A DNA stretch of 64,000 nucleotides from a virus (Duplodnaviria; Caudoviricetes): IMG/VR virus record IMGVR_UViG_2895778652_000001, positions 28,986 through 92,985 of that record; one strand, 5' to 3'. This document shows positions 35,948 through 44,328 of the stretch, piece after piece. A program made the translations under genes and the position numbers. Under the pieces are notes generated by a model. It did not search any database, was not told the origin of the DNA, and was given only the letters and a program-made list of their open reading frames with translations. Position 1 is the stretch's first letter. Each line of letters starts with the position of its first letter.

Positions 35948-36588
35948 CCGTCCAGGCCCCGCCCCCCACTGGAGTCCGCCTCATCGATCACGCGGACCGT
36001 CTCAAAGCCCACCTGCGTGCCCGCCATGCCAGCAACGCCCCCGCCGAGGAGATCAAGCTGCTGCTCGGCCTCTGGGAGACCCTGATGGACCTGCTCAGCA
36101 ACAGCCTGCACGAGGAGGTGCCCGGAAAGTTCCGCATGTCCTACCCCCGCAAGCGCGCCGAGCCTGCGCCGCAGCGGCCCGTGTCGTTCAGAAGCACGCT
36201 GCATGACGTCCTGCTGGTCTGCCTGGACCAACCACTCGGGGTCCGGCAGATCGCCTTCCGGTATGAGCAGCACTGGGACCGGCACATCGCAGACGATCAA
36301 CTGCGGACATCGCTGCACCGCCTTTGTAAACACGGCTTTCTGGAACGGGCTGCGGTGGGCGAGTACTGCCTCACTGGCCTCGGCAGGCACCGACTCGACG
36401 AACTCGAAGTGCCGCCTGTCCCCTCGGCGGCTGGCCCGGCGGCTGACCTGCTGCGCGCCCTGCTGGACAAGACCTATCAGCCGCAGTTGGGTGAGCATCA
36501 CGCCACCTTCTCCGCTGAAGCCCTGGAGCGTGCCCTGGACATCCTGGAAGGGACGCTCCCGCCCATTCCCGACTGGAGAAGCCCATGA
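35944..36588 (+). CDS. Winged-helix-containing protein
   Basis: LRTSLHRLCKHGFLER...YCLTGLG. Confidence 0.55.
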   Translation: MTVQAPPPTGVRLIDHADRLKAHLRARHASNAPAEEIKLLLGLWETLMDLLSNSLHEEVPGKFRMSYPRKRAEPAPQRPVSFRSTLHDVLLVCLDQPLGVRQIAFRYEQHWDRHIADDQLRTSLHRLCKHGFLERAAVGEYCLTGLGRHRLDELEVPPVPSAAGPAADLLRALLDKTYQPQLGEHHATFSAEALERALDILEGTLPPIPDWRSP

Positions 36589-37160
36589 AGAAGACCCCCA
36601 GCCTGTTTCAGCGCAACTATCACGGCCAGCGTGAACTCACCAATGACGTCGTTCCCGGCAGCGAATGGGTGCTGGCCGGGGAAGGCGTGGCCACCCGGAA
36701 ATACGACGGGACGTGCTGCATGGTCCAGGCAGGCAAACTGTTTAAGCGCTACGACGCCAAACACGGCAGAACCCCGCCCGCCGACTTCATTCCCGCCCAG
36801 CCTGCGGCAGACGAGACCACCGGTCACTGGCCCGGCTGGGTGCCCGTGCTGGACACCGATCCGGCCAGCCGATGGCACCGCGAGGCGTGGCGCACCTGCC
36901 CCGGCCTATTGGACGGCACCTACGAGCTGATCGGGCCGAAGGTGCAGGGTGGCAAAGAGACTGATCTTCACGGCGACCAGCATGTCCTGATCCAGCACGG
37001 CGCTCATCCCCTGCCGGACGCGCCACGCGACTTTGAGGGCCTGCGGGCCTACCTTGCCGCGCATCCCGACTGGGAGGGCCTGGTCTGGCATCACCCGGAT
37101 GGGCGCAGGGTCAAGGTGACGCGTAAGGGGTTTGTGGATGCGGGCGGTCCAGTGCCATGA
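36585..37160 (+). CDS. RNA ligase-like nucleotidyltransferase (DUF5565-type)
   Basis: ATRKYDGTCC (KxDG), GHWPGWVP, GTYELIGPKVQG, EGLVWH. Confidence 0.75.
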   Translation: MKKTPSLFQRNYHGQRELTNDVVPGSEWVLAGEGVATRKYDGTCCMVQAGKLFKRYDAKHGRTPPADFIPAQPAADETTGHWPGWVPVLDTDPASRWHREAWRTCPGLLDGTYELIGPKVQGGKETDLHGDQHVLIQHGAHPLPDAPRDFEGLRAYLAAHPDWEGLVWHHPDGRRVKVTRKGFVDAGGPVP

Positions 37161-37930
37161 CGCCCAGGCCATCTCGCAGACCCCTGACGAACCCGGCCAT
37201 CATCCTTCGCCTGCGCCGGGGCATGACGGGCCGTGAGATCGCGCGAGCGATGGACGTCAACAGCCGGACTATCGAGTACCGCATTGCCAAGCGTGGCCTG
37301 GCCCCCGAGAAATCCGGGCTGATCCGCCTGAGCCTGCTGGCCATCGAGGTGGGCGTGACCCGGCAGGCGCTGCGGTACCGGGCCAGCAAGGGTGACTTCA
37401 AGGTGACGCCCTGGGGCCACTGCCCCTGCGTGAAACCCGCCGAGGCCCGCAAGGTCCGGGCCATGTATGCCCATCCAAAGCAGGCGGATTACGCGGGGTG
37501 GCTGCCTTCCCAGGCGGCAGCGGACGCCATCGGAGCGTCGCAGGCCCGGCTGTTCCGGCTCACCACGAAACACCCGGACAAACTGGCGGGCATCCGCTGG
37601 GTGCGGGCGCAGGGACAGGGCGGATTCGCCTTGCTGTTCTGCCCCGCCGATCTGCCTGAACTCAACCGCCGCTTTGGCCGCCGCGCCCTGCCCCGCCGCT
37701 ACGCCGGACTGCACACTGCGCCGCAGTTCACGGACCTGATCGGGGTGTCGGACAGCCGGGTGTTCAAGTGGGTCAAGGCCGGCGCGCCCCACCGAGAGGA
37801 CCTGTACGGGCGCTACTGGTTTGACTTGTATGCCGTCCGGGTGTGGCTGGCCTCCGGCGTGATTCGCCCCCGTGACCTGATGGCCGTGCTGGCCCGGATG
37901 GACGCCGCCCTGCCTGCGAGGGCCGCGTGA
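37157..37930 (+). CDS. Multi-HTH DNA-binding protein (possible late regulator)
   Basis: Several tandem HTH-like segments (GMTGREIARAMDVNSRTIEYRI etc.). Confidence 0.6.
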   Translation: MTPRPSRRPLTNPAIILRLRRGMTGREIARAMDVNSRTIEYRIAKRGLAPEKSGLIRLSLLAIEVGVTRQALRYRASKGDFKVTPWGHCPCVKPAEARKVRAMYAHPKQADYAGWLPSQAAADAIGASQARLFRLTTKHPDKLAGIRWVRAQGQGGFALLFCPADLPELNRRFGRRALPRRYAGLHTAPQFTDLIGVSDSRVFKWVKAGAPHREDLYGRYWFDLYAVRVWLASGVIRPRDLMAVLARMDAALPARAA

Positions 37931-38103
37931 CGCTTGACACCCGCCCCATCTGTCCGCATTGCCAGTGCCGCATTCCCTGGCGTCAGGTCTGTGGCTGTGC
38001 TGCTGCCCGCGCTGCCCGCCTGAAGAAGAAAGCCGAGCGCGAACGGCTGGCCGAGCTGCGCCGCATTGCCCCGAATCAAGTGCCCTGAACCGGAGGAACA
38101 CCC

Positions 38104-38775
38104 ATGAAACTTCACGACTTGCTTAGCCGCCCGCCCCAGCCTGGGACGGTCCGGGTCACCGACAGCCACGGAACCACCACGTTCCATGATCCCCGTACTG
38201 AGGGTGGTTTTTTCAGCGGCCCTGCGCCGAAGTATCAGGGCGCGGAGTTCTACCAGCTCGTGGGCACGAAACGCACCTACCGCGCCCATTTCCGTACCTG
38301 GTTGCGCCAGAACTGGGACGCTCCGGCACAGCGGGAGCGCACCGCAAGGGACATGAAGAACGTCAGCCGCCATAGCCTGCGCCGTATCGGCCCTGCCGTG
38401 CTGTACCTGGACCGCTATGGGTACGACAAGCGGACTGGTCAATTCAGTTCCTTTGAATACGCCCTGCATCTGCCCCTGGTCAGCCTGCATGTCAACCTGT
38501 CGCGGCCACGCCTTGCCCCCGGCGTGTTGTCGCTGAGCGCACCCCAGTTTCGACTCCGCACGAGTACGCCGTCGCGGCCCAGCGTGGGCCTGATGCTGGG
38601 CACGGTCCACGTCTGGAACTACCCGTATGGCAGCTCGCGCGAGTGGGGCTTCAGCGTGGGCCAGATCAGCCAGAAGCGCTTCCTGTTCATGGTGGCCAAT
38701 GCCGGGGAAAGTGCCCCGGATCAGCCCCGGTGGTCATTGGGCTGGCTGTTGTGGAACCGCAAGGCGGCTTGGTGA
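38104..38775 (+). CDS. Hypothetical phage protein
   Basis: GGAGGA SD. Confidence 0.6.
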   Translation: MKLHDLLSRPPQPGTVRVTDSHGTTTFHDPRTEGGFFSGPAPKYQGAEFYQLVGTKRTYRAHFRTWLRQNWDAPAQRERTARDMKNVSRHSLRRIGPAVLYLDRYGYDKRTGQFSSFEYALHLPLVSLHVNLSRPRLAPGVLSLSAPQFRLRTSTPSRPSVGLMLGTVHVWNYPYGSSREWGFSVGQISQKRFLFMVANAGESAPDQPRWSLGWLLWNRKAAW

Positions 38776-38776
38776 G

Positions 38777-39082
38777 GTGATCCCCGCCATCCCCCGCGCC
38801 GTGGCCCTGCTGGCCTGCACCTGCGACGCCGAACTCCTGCGCGCCGTCGGTCAGGGGGCCGTGCCGCTGCATGTCGTCTATCTGGAGTCCCGCCGCCCCA
38901 TCTGCCTGCCCCGGCGGGTGGTGATCGGCGCGTGGCTGCGCCCGCTGGTCTGCATGCCCTTCCTGGACGGCGTCAGCGTGCGCGTGGTGGGAGAACCCCC
39001 GCCGCAGATGATGCAGATCAACACTGGCCGTGAGCATCCGGGCCTCGAATTCTGGCCACCCCGCCCCCAAGGAGCCGCATGA
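38777..39082 (+). CDS. Hypothetical phage protein
   Basis: Coupled ORF. Confidence 0.45.
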   Translation: MIPAIPRAVALLACTCDAELLRAVGQGAVPLHVVYLESRRPICLPRRVVIGAWLRPLVCMPFLDGVSVRVVGEPPPQMMQINTGREHPGLEFWPPRPQGAA

Positions 39083-40245
39083 CCCACACCCAAAGCCTGT
39101 CCGCCCGCATCGCCTTTCTTGAAACGCAGGCCGCGCCGCTGACCGCCCTGAACGCTGAACTGAAAGAGCGCCTCCAGAACATCGAACGCCTGACCATCCG
39201 CATTCAGGACGCGGTGCGCGCGCAACACCTGCTGGCGGGCCTGGAAGCCCACGCCGCCCAACTGTTCGGCGACGCTGCACCTGAAGCGCTGTCGCCTGAC
39301 CCAGTGTTGTCCCCCACGGGGGACGCTGAGGCCCCAGCAGAGGTGCCTGAGCTGACGGAGGTGATCACACCTGAGAACGTCCCACCTGAAGTCGCCTTGC
39401 CCGTGGAGGCCGGGTTGGAGTTGGAGCAGCCGGGCAACAAGATGTTCATCGTCGATTACCCCGATGCCGTTTTTGATCCTGAGCGCGGCAAGGAAGTCAG
39501 TTTCAGGGTCCCCAGGAAGCCCAGTCGCGACGAGACGCCCACCGCGCAGGCTGCTGAGCCTGAACCGCAAAAAATCGCCTGCCCCGGATCTGACGAGCGC
39601 TCAGGGGACAGTCACGATCTGCCGCCCATATCCACCAACCACGATCAGGTTCTCGCCTTCATCGAGGCCCACCCGCACAGTTTGATGCGTGAGATTGCTC
39701 AGGGTCTACCCAGAATCAATCCCGGCACGGTGAACAGCCAGATCAGCGGCATGTTCGCGCGTGGTGACGTGGTTGCCGACGGCTCTCCGCGCCGTTACCG
39801 CCTGCCGGGCGTGCCTGCACCCGAGTTGCCCGCCGACACCGCCGCCCCCGAACAGGCCACTGAGATCCCCGCTGCCACCGTGACCGCTCCTCCGCCCCAG
39901 ACCGTAATCCGAGACCACCCGCCAAAGCCTCAGACGGCCACGCCCCATGCCCCAGAACCCCGCAAGGCAGCGCCGCCGCCCCGCGAGGTCAACCTGCCCC
40001 GTGACCTGCCGCCAGTCCCCCAGGCCGCTGTAAAGGCCACGAGCGAGGAAGTGGAGATCGTGCGCGGCGCACTCAAGAACCACGGCAGACCCATGAGCAA
40101 GACCATGTTGCTCAACCGCGTGATCAAGAGTGGTATCAAATCAGGCGCGCTCGACGACGCCCTGGTCCAACTGGTGACGGCGGATCAGGTGGAATGCACG
40201 GGGAGCGGTCAGTACGTGTTCGCCGCCCGCAAGGCTGCCGTTTGA
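39079..40245 (+). CDS. Coiled-coil + two winged-helix domain protein
   Basis: QVLAFIEAHP..LMREIAQGL..; Pro-rich linkers. Confidence 0.6.
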   Translation: MTHTQSLSARIAFLETQAAPLTALNAELKERLQNIERLTIRIQDAVRAQHLLAGLEAHAAQLFGDAAPEALSPDPVLSPTGDAEAPAEVPELTEVITPENVPPEVALPVEAGLELEQPGNKMFIVDYPDAVFDPERGKEVSFRVPRKPSRDETPTAQAAEPEPQKIACPGSDERSGDSHDLPPISTNHDQVLAFIEAHPHSLMREIAQGLPRINPGTVNSQISGMFARGDVVADGSPRRYRLPGVPAPELPADTAAPEQATEIPAATVTAPPPQTVIRDHPPKPQTATPHAPEPRKAAPPPREVNLPRDLPPVPQAAVKATSEEVEIVRGALKNHGRPMSKTMLLNRVIKSGIKSGALDDALVQLVTADQVECTGSGQYVFAARKAAV

Positions 40246-40535
40246 ACGCGGGCATTCCGCCCCGCCTGCGTCTGGAAGCGGCCCTGCTGGCTGCCCTGGA
40301 CGCAGGCCCAGCCGGGCTGACAGGCGTGACCGGCAAGGCGCGCTTGCAGGTGCCTGGCTACCTGCAATTGCTGGACCACGAGACCGCCGTGCGCTCGGTC
40401 CTGCGCCGCCTGGACACCGAGGGCTGGCTGGCAGTGGAGCAGCCCGGCGCAAACCCCCGGTACTCGCTGACCCTGGCCGGGCATGACCGCCACCTCTGGC
40501 ATGTTCAACAGGGCACGCTGTGTACCCAGCCGTGA
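40242..40535 (+). CDS. Winged-helix protein
   Basis: VRSVLRRLDTEGWL...RYSLT. Confidence 0.5.
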   Translation: MNAGIPPRLRLEAALLAALDAGPAGLTGVTGKARLQVPGYLQLLDHETAVRSVLRRLDTEGWLAVEQPGANPRYSLTLAGHDRHLWHVQQGTLCTQP

Positions 40536-40990
40536 GTGGGTTGCGGCGCATCCACCTGCACCTGCCCCGGCAAAGGCTGATGAGCGTCAACGAGATGCTC
40601 CGGACGTCTGAACACAGGCGGGCGCAGGCCCGGGATCTGCTCTGCGCCCGCGTGGCCCTGGAACTGAAGCGGACTGGTCAGATGCCAGAACTGCCCCTGC
40701 GGTGTGTGGAGATCGATGTGGTGATCGCCACGCCTGCGCCGCTTGATGTGGACTCGAAATACGTGGCCCCCAAGCATCTGCTGGATTCCCTGGTGCGCCC
40801 AAAGTCCAATCTCGCCCTCTTCCGCCAGCACCGCCGTCAGAAGCGCGGCCTGTTCATCCCACTGGGCGTCATCTGGGACGACTCCGACGGTGAAGCGGGC
40901 ATGGACGGCTGCGTGCGCCGTTTCACCGTCATTCAGCAGCTCAGCATGCTGCACGCCGTCACGATCACCATCCAGGAGGTTTTGCCTTGA
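40532..40990 (+). CDS. RusA-like Holliday junction resolvase
   Basis: SVN, DVDS..PKHLLDSL, GVIWDDS acidic motifs. Confidence 0.7.
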   Translation: MSGLRRIHLHLPRQRLMSVNEMLRTSEHRRAQARDLLCARVALELKRTGQMPELPLRCVEIDVVIATPAPLDVDSKYVAPKHLLDSLVRPKSNLALFRQHRRQKRGLFIPLGVIWDDSDGEAGMDGCVRRFTVIQQLSMLHAVTITIQEVLP

Positions 40991-41637
40991 ATACGCTTCC
41001 CATCGTCATTGGCGACATTCATGGACGCCTGGATCTGCTGCGCCTGGCCCTGGACCGCTTCCCGCACCGCCCGGTGGTCTTCATCGGGGATCTGGTGGAC
41101 CGTGGCTTTGAGAGTCGAGGCGTCGTGGGGCTGGTCCGCGCACTTGCCGCAGCCGGGCGCGCTCAACTCTGCCTGGGCAACCACGAGGAGATGCTGATCA
41201 CTGCCGTCCTGAAAGGCCGGGCGCGTGATCACTGGCTGGACAATGGCGGTCAGGCCACCCTTGACAGTTACGGCGGCGACTCTGCGGACCTAGAAGATGA
41301 CGCTCAGTGGCTGCTGGAACACGCCCGGCCCTGGATTCAGCGCGGGCATGTCCTGTTCGCCCATGCCATGCGCCCTGACCCCAGTGACCAGGACGAGGAC
41401 ATTCACCTGTGGGGCCGTCCCGGAGAGGCCCCGCTCCACCGCCTGCGCCCTGGCGTCTCCCATTCCGTGCATGGGCATACCCCGATGGAACGGCCCGTCA
41501 GCCTTCAGGCCCCGGACGGCACCGTGGCATGGTTCATCGATACTGGAGCCTTCCATACAGGCGTGCTGTGTGCGCTGGACACGGCGGACTGGACCCCGCA
41601 CCTGATTCGCCTTGAGGAGCAAGATGGCTCAACTTAA
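40987..41637 (+). CDS. Calcineurin-like metallophosphoesterase (lambda NinI-type)
   Basis: GDIHG, GDLVDRG, GNHE, HGHTP, IDTG. Confidence 0.92.
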   Translation: MNTLPIVIGDIHGRLDLLRLALDRFPHRPVVFIGDLVDRGFESRGVVGLVRALAAAGRAQLCLGNHEEMLITAVLKGRARDHWLDNGGQATLDSYGGDSADLEDDAQWLLEHARPWIQRGHVLFAHAMRPDPSDQDEDIHLWGRPGEAPLHRLRPGVSHSVHGHTPMERPVSLQAPDGTVAWFIDTGAFHTGVLCALDTADWTPHLIRLEEQDGST

Positions 41638-41654
41638 CGTTAAGCTAGGACCGA

Positions 41655-42746
41655 ATGACCGCACCTGAAGCCCTCCACTCCGACACCCTGGCCCTGCTGG
41701 TGAATGAACAGCGCACCCGCAGCGCCTACCGGGGTCTGCTCCAGTACGCTGATGTGGAGCGCGAGCGGTCTGCCGCTGCCCAGGAAGCCCGCGAGGAAGC
41801 CGAGGACTGGCACAACACCCCTGAACACCTGACCTATATCGCCCGCCTGGACGCCGCCCAGCTCGCCCTCTCCGAAGCCCAGCTCGACACCCTGACCGCC
41901 GCCCGCCGCATGGCCGGAAGTGCCCCGAAGGAACACCGCGCCGAGCTGACCGAGGCCCTAGCCGCCCACGCCCTTCAGGAAGTGCAACAGCGCCCCCTCC
42001 GCGCCGCCCAGCGCTTTCAGGCCCGCCGTGAGCGCCTCTCCCCCACGCTGCCCGCCCTGGAAATCTCGCCTGCCGTGGTCACGCACCATCAGCGGCAGGA
42101 ACACAACCTGATCGCCAGGGCGCTGGTGTTCCCCATGCCCGCCCCGGCCCATGCCAGATCCAATCCGGGAGAGAACCCGGACCCCCTGACCCAGACGCTG
42201 ATCGAGTCCCACAGTCAGATGCTCAGCTCCCTGCGCCTGTGCGCCCGCTACACCAGTGCCGGACAGTGGACCCTTGCCCAGCACTACGCCGCCCAGGCAG
42301 AGGCTGGGGAGCGCGAGTACCTGCTGGCCCACGCCCGCATCACCCGCGAGCGCCGCAGCACCCTGAGAGGCCGCCACTACCAGGACGGCGACACCTTCAC
42401 ACTGGAGTTGCCCGACGGTGGGGGAGACCACGTCTTCCACCTGGACCTGTACTGGGATGACCGGGGCCTGGGCCTGACCGTGGACGCCAGCGAAGCTGGG
42501 GCCACCGAGCGGCGCACCGGCATCCGTGTGGGCGGCGGCTGGGCGAGTTTGGCTGCCTGGGTGCTGGACACCCACACCCGCATCGTGGACGAGCAGGGGG
42601 CCGGGCGCAGGCCGGATGGGGACGACGATCTGGTGTGGCGCTGGACGGATGACACGCATCTGCGTCTTAAGGACGGCATTCAGGACCGCTACCCCGGATT
42701 GATCGCCGCTCTGGAAGCTTTGCGCTGCTCGCTGACTCCGATTTAG
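41655..42746 (+). CDS. Hypothetical phage protein (last early/middle gene before the late promoter)
   Basis: 363-aa ORF with GC3-biased codons. Confidence 0.65.
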   Translation: MTAPEALHSDTLALLVNEQRTRSAYRGLLQYADVERERSAAAQEAREEAEDWHNTPEHLTYIARLDAAQLALSEAQLDTLTAARRMAGSAPKEHRAELTEALAAHALQEVQQRPLRAAQRFQARRERLSPTLPALEISPAVVTHHQRQEHNLIARALVFPMPAPAHARSNPGENPDPLTQTLIESHSQMLSSLRLCARYTSAGQWTLAQHYAAQAEAGEREYLLAHARITRERRSTLRGRHYQDGDTFTLELPDGGGDHVFHLDLYWDDRGLGLTVDASEAGATERRTGIRVGGGWASLAAWVLDTHTRIVDEQGAGRRPDGDDDLVWRWTDDTHLRLKDGIQDRYPGLIAALEALRCSLTPI

Positions 42747-42765
42747 CGCTTTGGCAGAGCGTGCG

Positions 42766-42794
42766 TTGACAATTCTGGCGGAATGCCGTACTTT
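42766..42794 (+). promoter_or_regulatory. Late promoter TTGACA-N17-TACTTT
   Basis: Consensus -35 and optimal spacing upstream of the morphogenesis operon. Confidence 0.7.
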
Positions 42795-42835
42795 GAACTT
42801 ATCGTCTCGCTTTGACTCTGAATCTCGCCCAGCCG

Positions 42836-42859
42836 CCGCCCTTCACTGGGCGGTTTTTT
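42836..42859 (+). terminator. Intrinsic terminator just downstream of the late promoter
   Basis: CCGCCC-TTCACT-GGGCGG-TTTTTT. Confidence 0.75.
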
Positions 42860-42880
42860 CATGCCTTCCCAGGGGGTGTC

Positions 42881-43105
42881 ATGCCCAGACCAGACCGCCC
42901 GTCCATCGACTTCTGGGCCAGTGTGCCGCACCTGTTCAGCCTGTCCGCCTGGCGCATGCACCTGCGGACGCGGCCCTGGGGCTGGTTGAGCCATGTCAAC
43001 GAGTGGTGTGCTGGTCAGGTGGCTGATCTGCCGCCCGAATACGAGCTGGCCTTCGCCGAGGAATACGCATTCAAGAAGACGCGGCCCTGGCTGCAAAAGC
43101 CCTGA
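42881..43105 (+). CDS. Small Trp-rich hypothetical protein
   Basis: GGGGGTG SD-like sequence; first late ORF. Confidence 0.45.
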   Translation: MPRPDRPSIDFWASVPHLFSLSAWRMHLRTRPWGWLSHVNEWCAGQVADLPPEYELAFAEEYAFKKTRPWLQKP

Positions 43106-43131
43106 ACTTAACGTCAAGCTAGGAGCCACCT

Positions 43132-43464
43132 TTGAAAACCCACGCTGTCCAGTACGCCGACGGGCGAGAGGGCCTGTCCTTCCGCTGTGAGGGTTGCGGC
43201 GGCTACCACACGGTCATCGTCAAAGGTCCGGGAGCGTGGACCTGGAACGGAGACACCGAGAGGCCGGTCTTCTCGCCCTCCGTACTCGTTGTCGGTGGCA
43301 ACGCAGAAGGGGAGACCCGTTGCCACTCGTTCGTGGGCTGCAACGGTGCCCAGCCGGGGGAGATCATCTTCCTGTCCGATTGCACGCACGCCCTCGCAAG
43401 CCAGGTCAGGCCGCTTCCTGAATGGACGTGGCCTCCTGACCTGGAGTCACAAGGAGAACCATGA
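43132..43464 (+). CDS. DUF6527-like Zn-binding protein
   Basis: CEGCGGYH, WTWNG..RPVFSPSV, CHSFV, FLSDCTH. Confidence 0.7.
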   Translation: MKTHAVQYADGREGLSFRCEGCGGYHTVIVKGPGAWTWNGDTERPVFSPSVLVVGGNAEGETRCHSFVGCNGAQPGEIIFLSDCTHALASQVRPLPEWTWPPDLESQGEP

Positions 43465-43799
43465 ATCAAGCCCCCTCTATCGGCAGAATCGTTCATTACG
43501 TCCTTGCTAACGGCGATCACCGTGCCGCAACAGTGGTGAATTGCTGGCCTAGCCCTGATCCCGTACAGGCAGGCATCGCCAACCTCACGGTGCATCTGGA
43601 CGGCTGCAATGATCTCCAGAACGCCCGCTCCAGTGACGCTGCTTTCGGGGGTGAACCGGTGTTTCCTGGCTTCTGCAAGCCGGACCTCGTACCGTCCAGC
43701 GCCTCGGCTTCGTACCCCGGCGTCCTCACGGTGGGCAGCGCCAAGCAGGACGAGGACACGAAGGCTGTCGGCACCTGGCATTGGCCTGAACGGGCCTAA
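43461..43799 (+). CDS. Conserved phage protein (PSIGRIVHY...WHWPER)
   Basis: AAGGAG SD; recognisable phage motif. Confidence 0.65.
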   Translation: MNQAPSIGRIVHYVLANGDHRAATVVNCWPSPDPVQAGIANLTVHLDGCNDLQNARSSDAAFGGEPVFPGFCKPDLVPSSASASYPGVLTVGSAKQDEDTKAVGTWHWPERA

Positions 43800-43836
43800 C
43801 TTAACGTTAAGCCACACCTGTAGGAGGTGATCCCGG

Positions 43837-44328
43837 TTGCCCGAATCCAAGAAGAAGACCGCCGGGAAGCCGGTGCCCAAGCGGAAGGTCAAGCCTCCCC
43901 GCAGGAGTTATACGGACGAGGAACGCGCCGTCATCCTCGCCCTGCTGGCGGCCAACGGGCACAACCTCAGCCGCACCGAACGCGAGACAGGTGTAGCGAG
44001 ATCGACACTGATGCGGTGGGCAGAAAACCCACCCGACGCTACAGGTGGCGCATCAACAATCGCCGCCCTTAAAACCGAGATCCAGGAATCCTACCTGGCC
44101 AAGGCCAAGCGCGCCCGAGAGGTGCTGCTCGACCGGATGATCAAGGTGGCTGCTGATGAGCGGGACCTGTTCAAGATTTCCGGCGCATTCAAGATCGTGT
44201 CTGACGCCACGGGCGAGGAGGAGGTCAACCATGCTCTCGCCACTCGAATTGGCCAGACTCAAACCCAGGCAGCGCCGAGCATGGAAACTGCTCGAACTGC
44301 TGGAAGCCCAGACCCCGCCCTCAATTGA
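43837..44328 (+). CDS. Terminase small subunit (HTH)
   Basis: YTDEER..NLSRTERETGVARSTLMRW; directly upstream of terL. Confidence 0.75.
   Translation: MPESKKKTAGKPVPKRKVKPPRRSYTDEERAVILALLAANGHNLSRTERETGVARSTLMRWAENPPDATGGASTIAALKTEIQESYLAKAKRAREVLLDRMIKVAADERDLFKISGAFKIVSDATGEEEVNHALATRIGQTQTQAAPSMETARTAGSPDPALN

Noticed and set aside
32640-39390. Shared hexapeptide PENVPP in Rep and in the 39079 protein
   Set aside because: A short match within Pro-rich linkers with different codons; plausible by chance.
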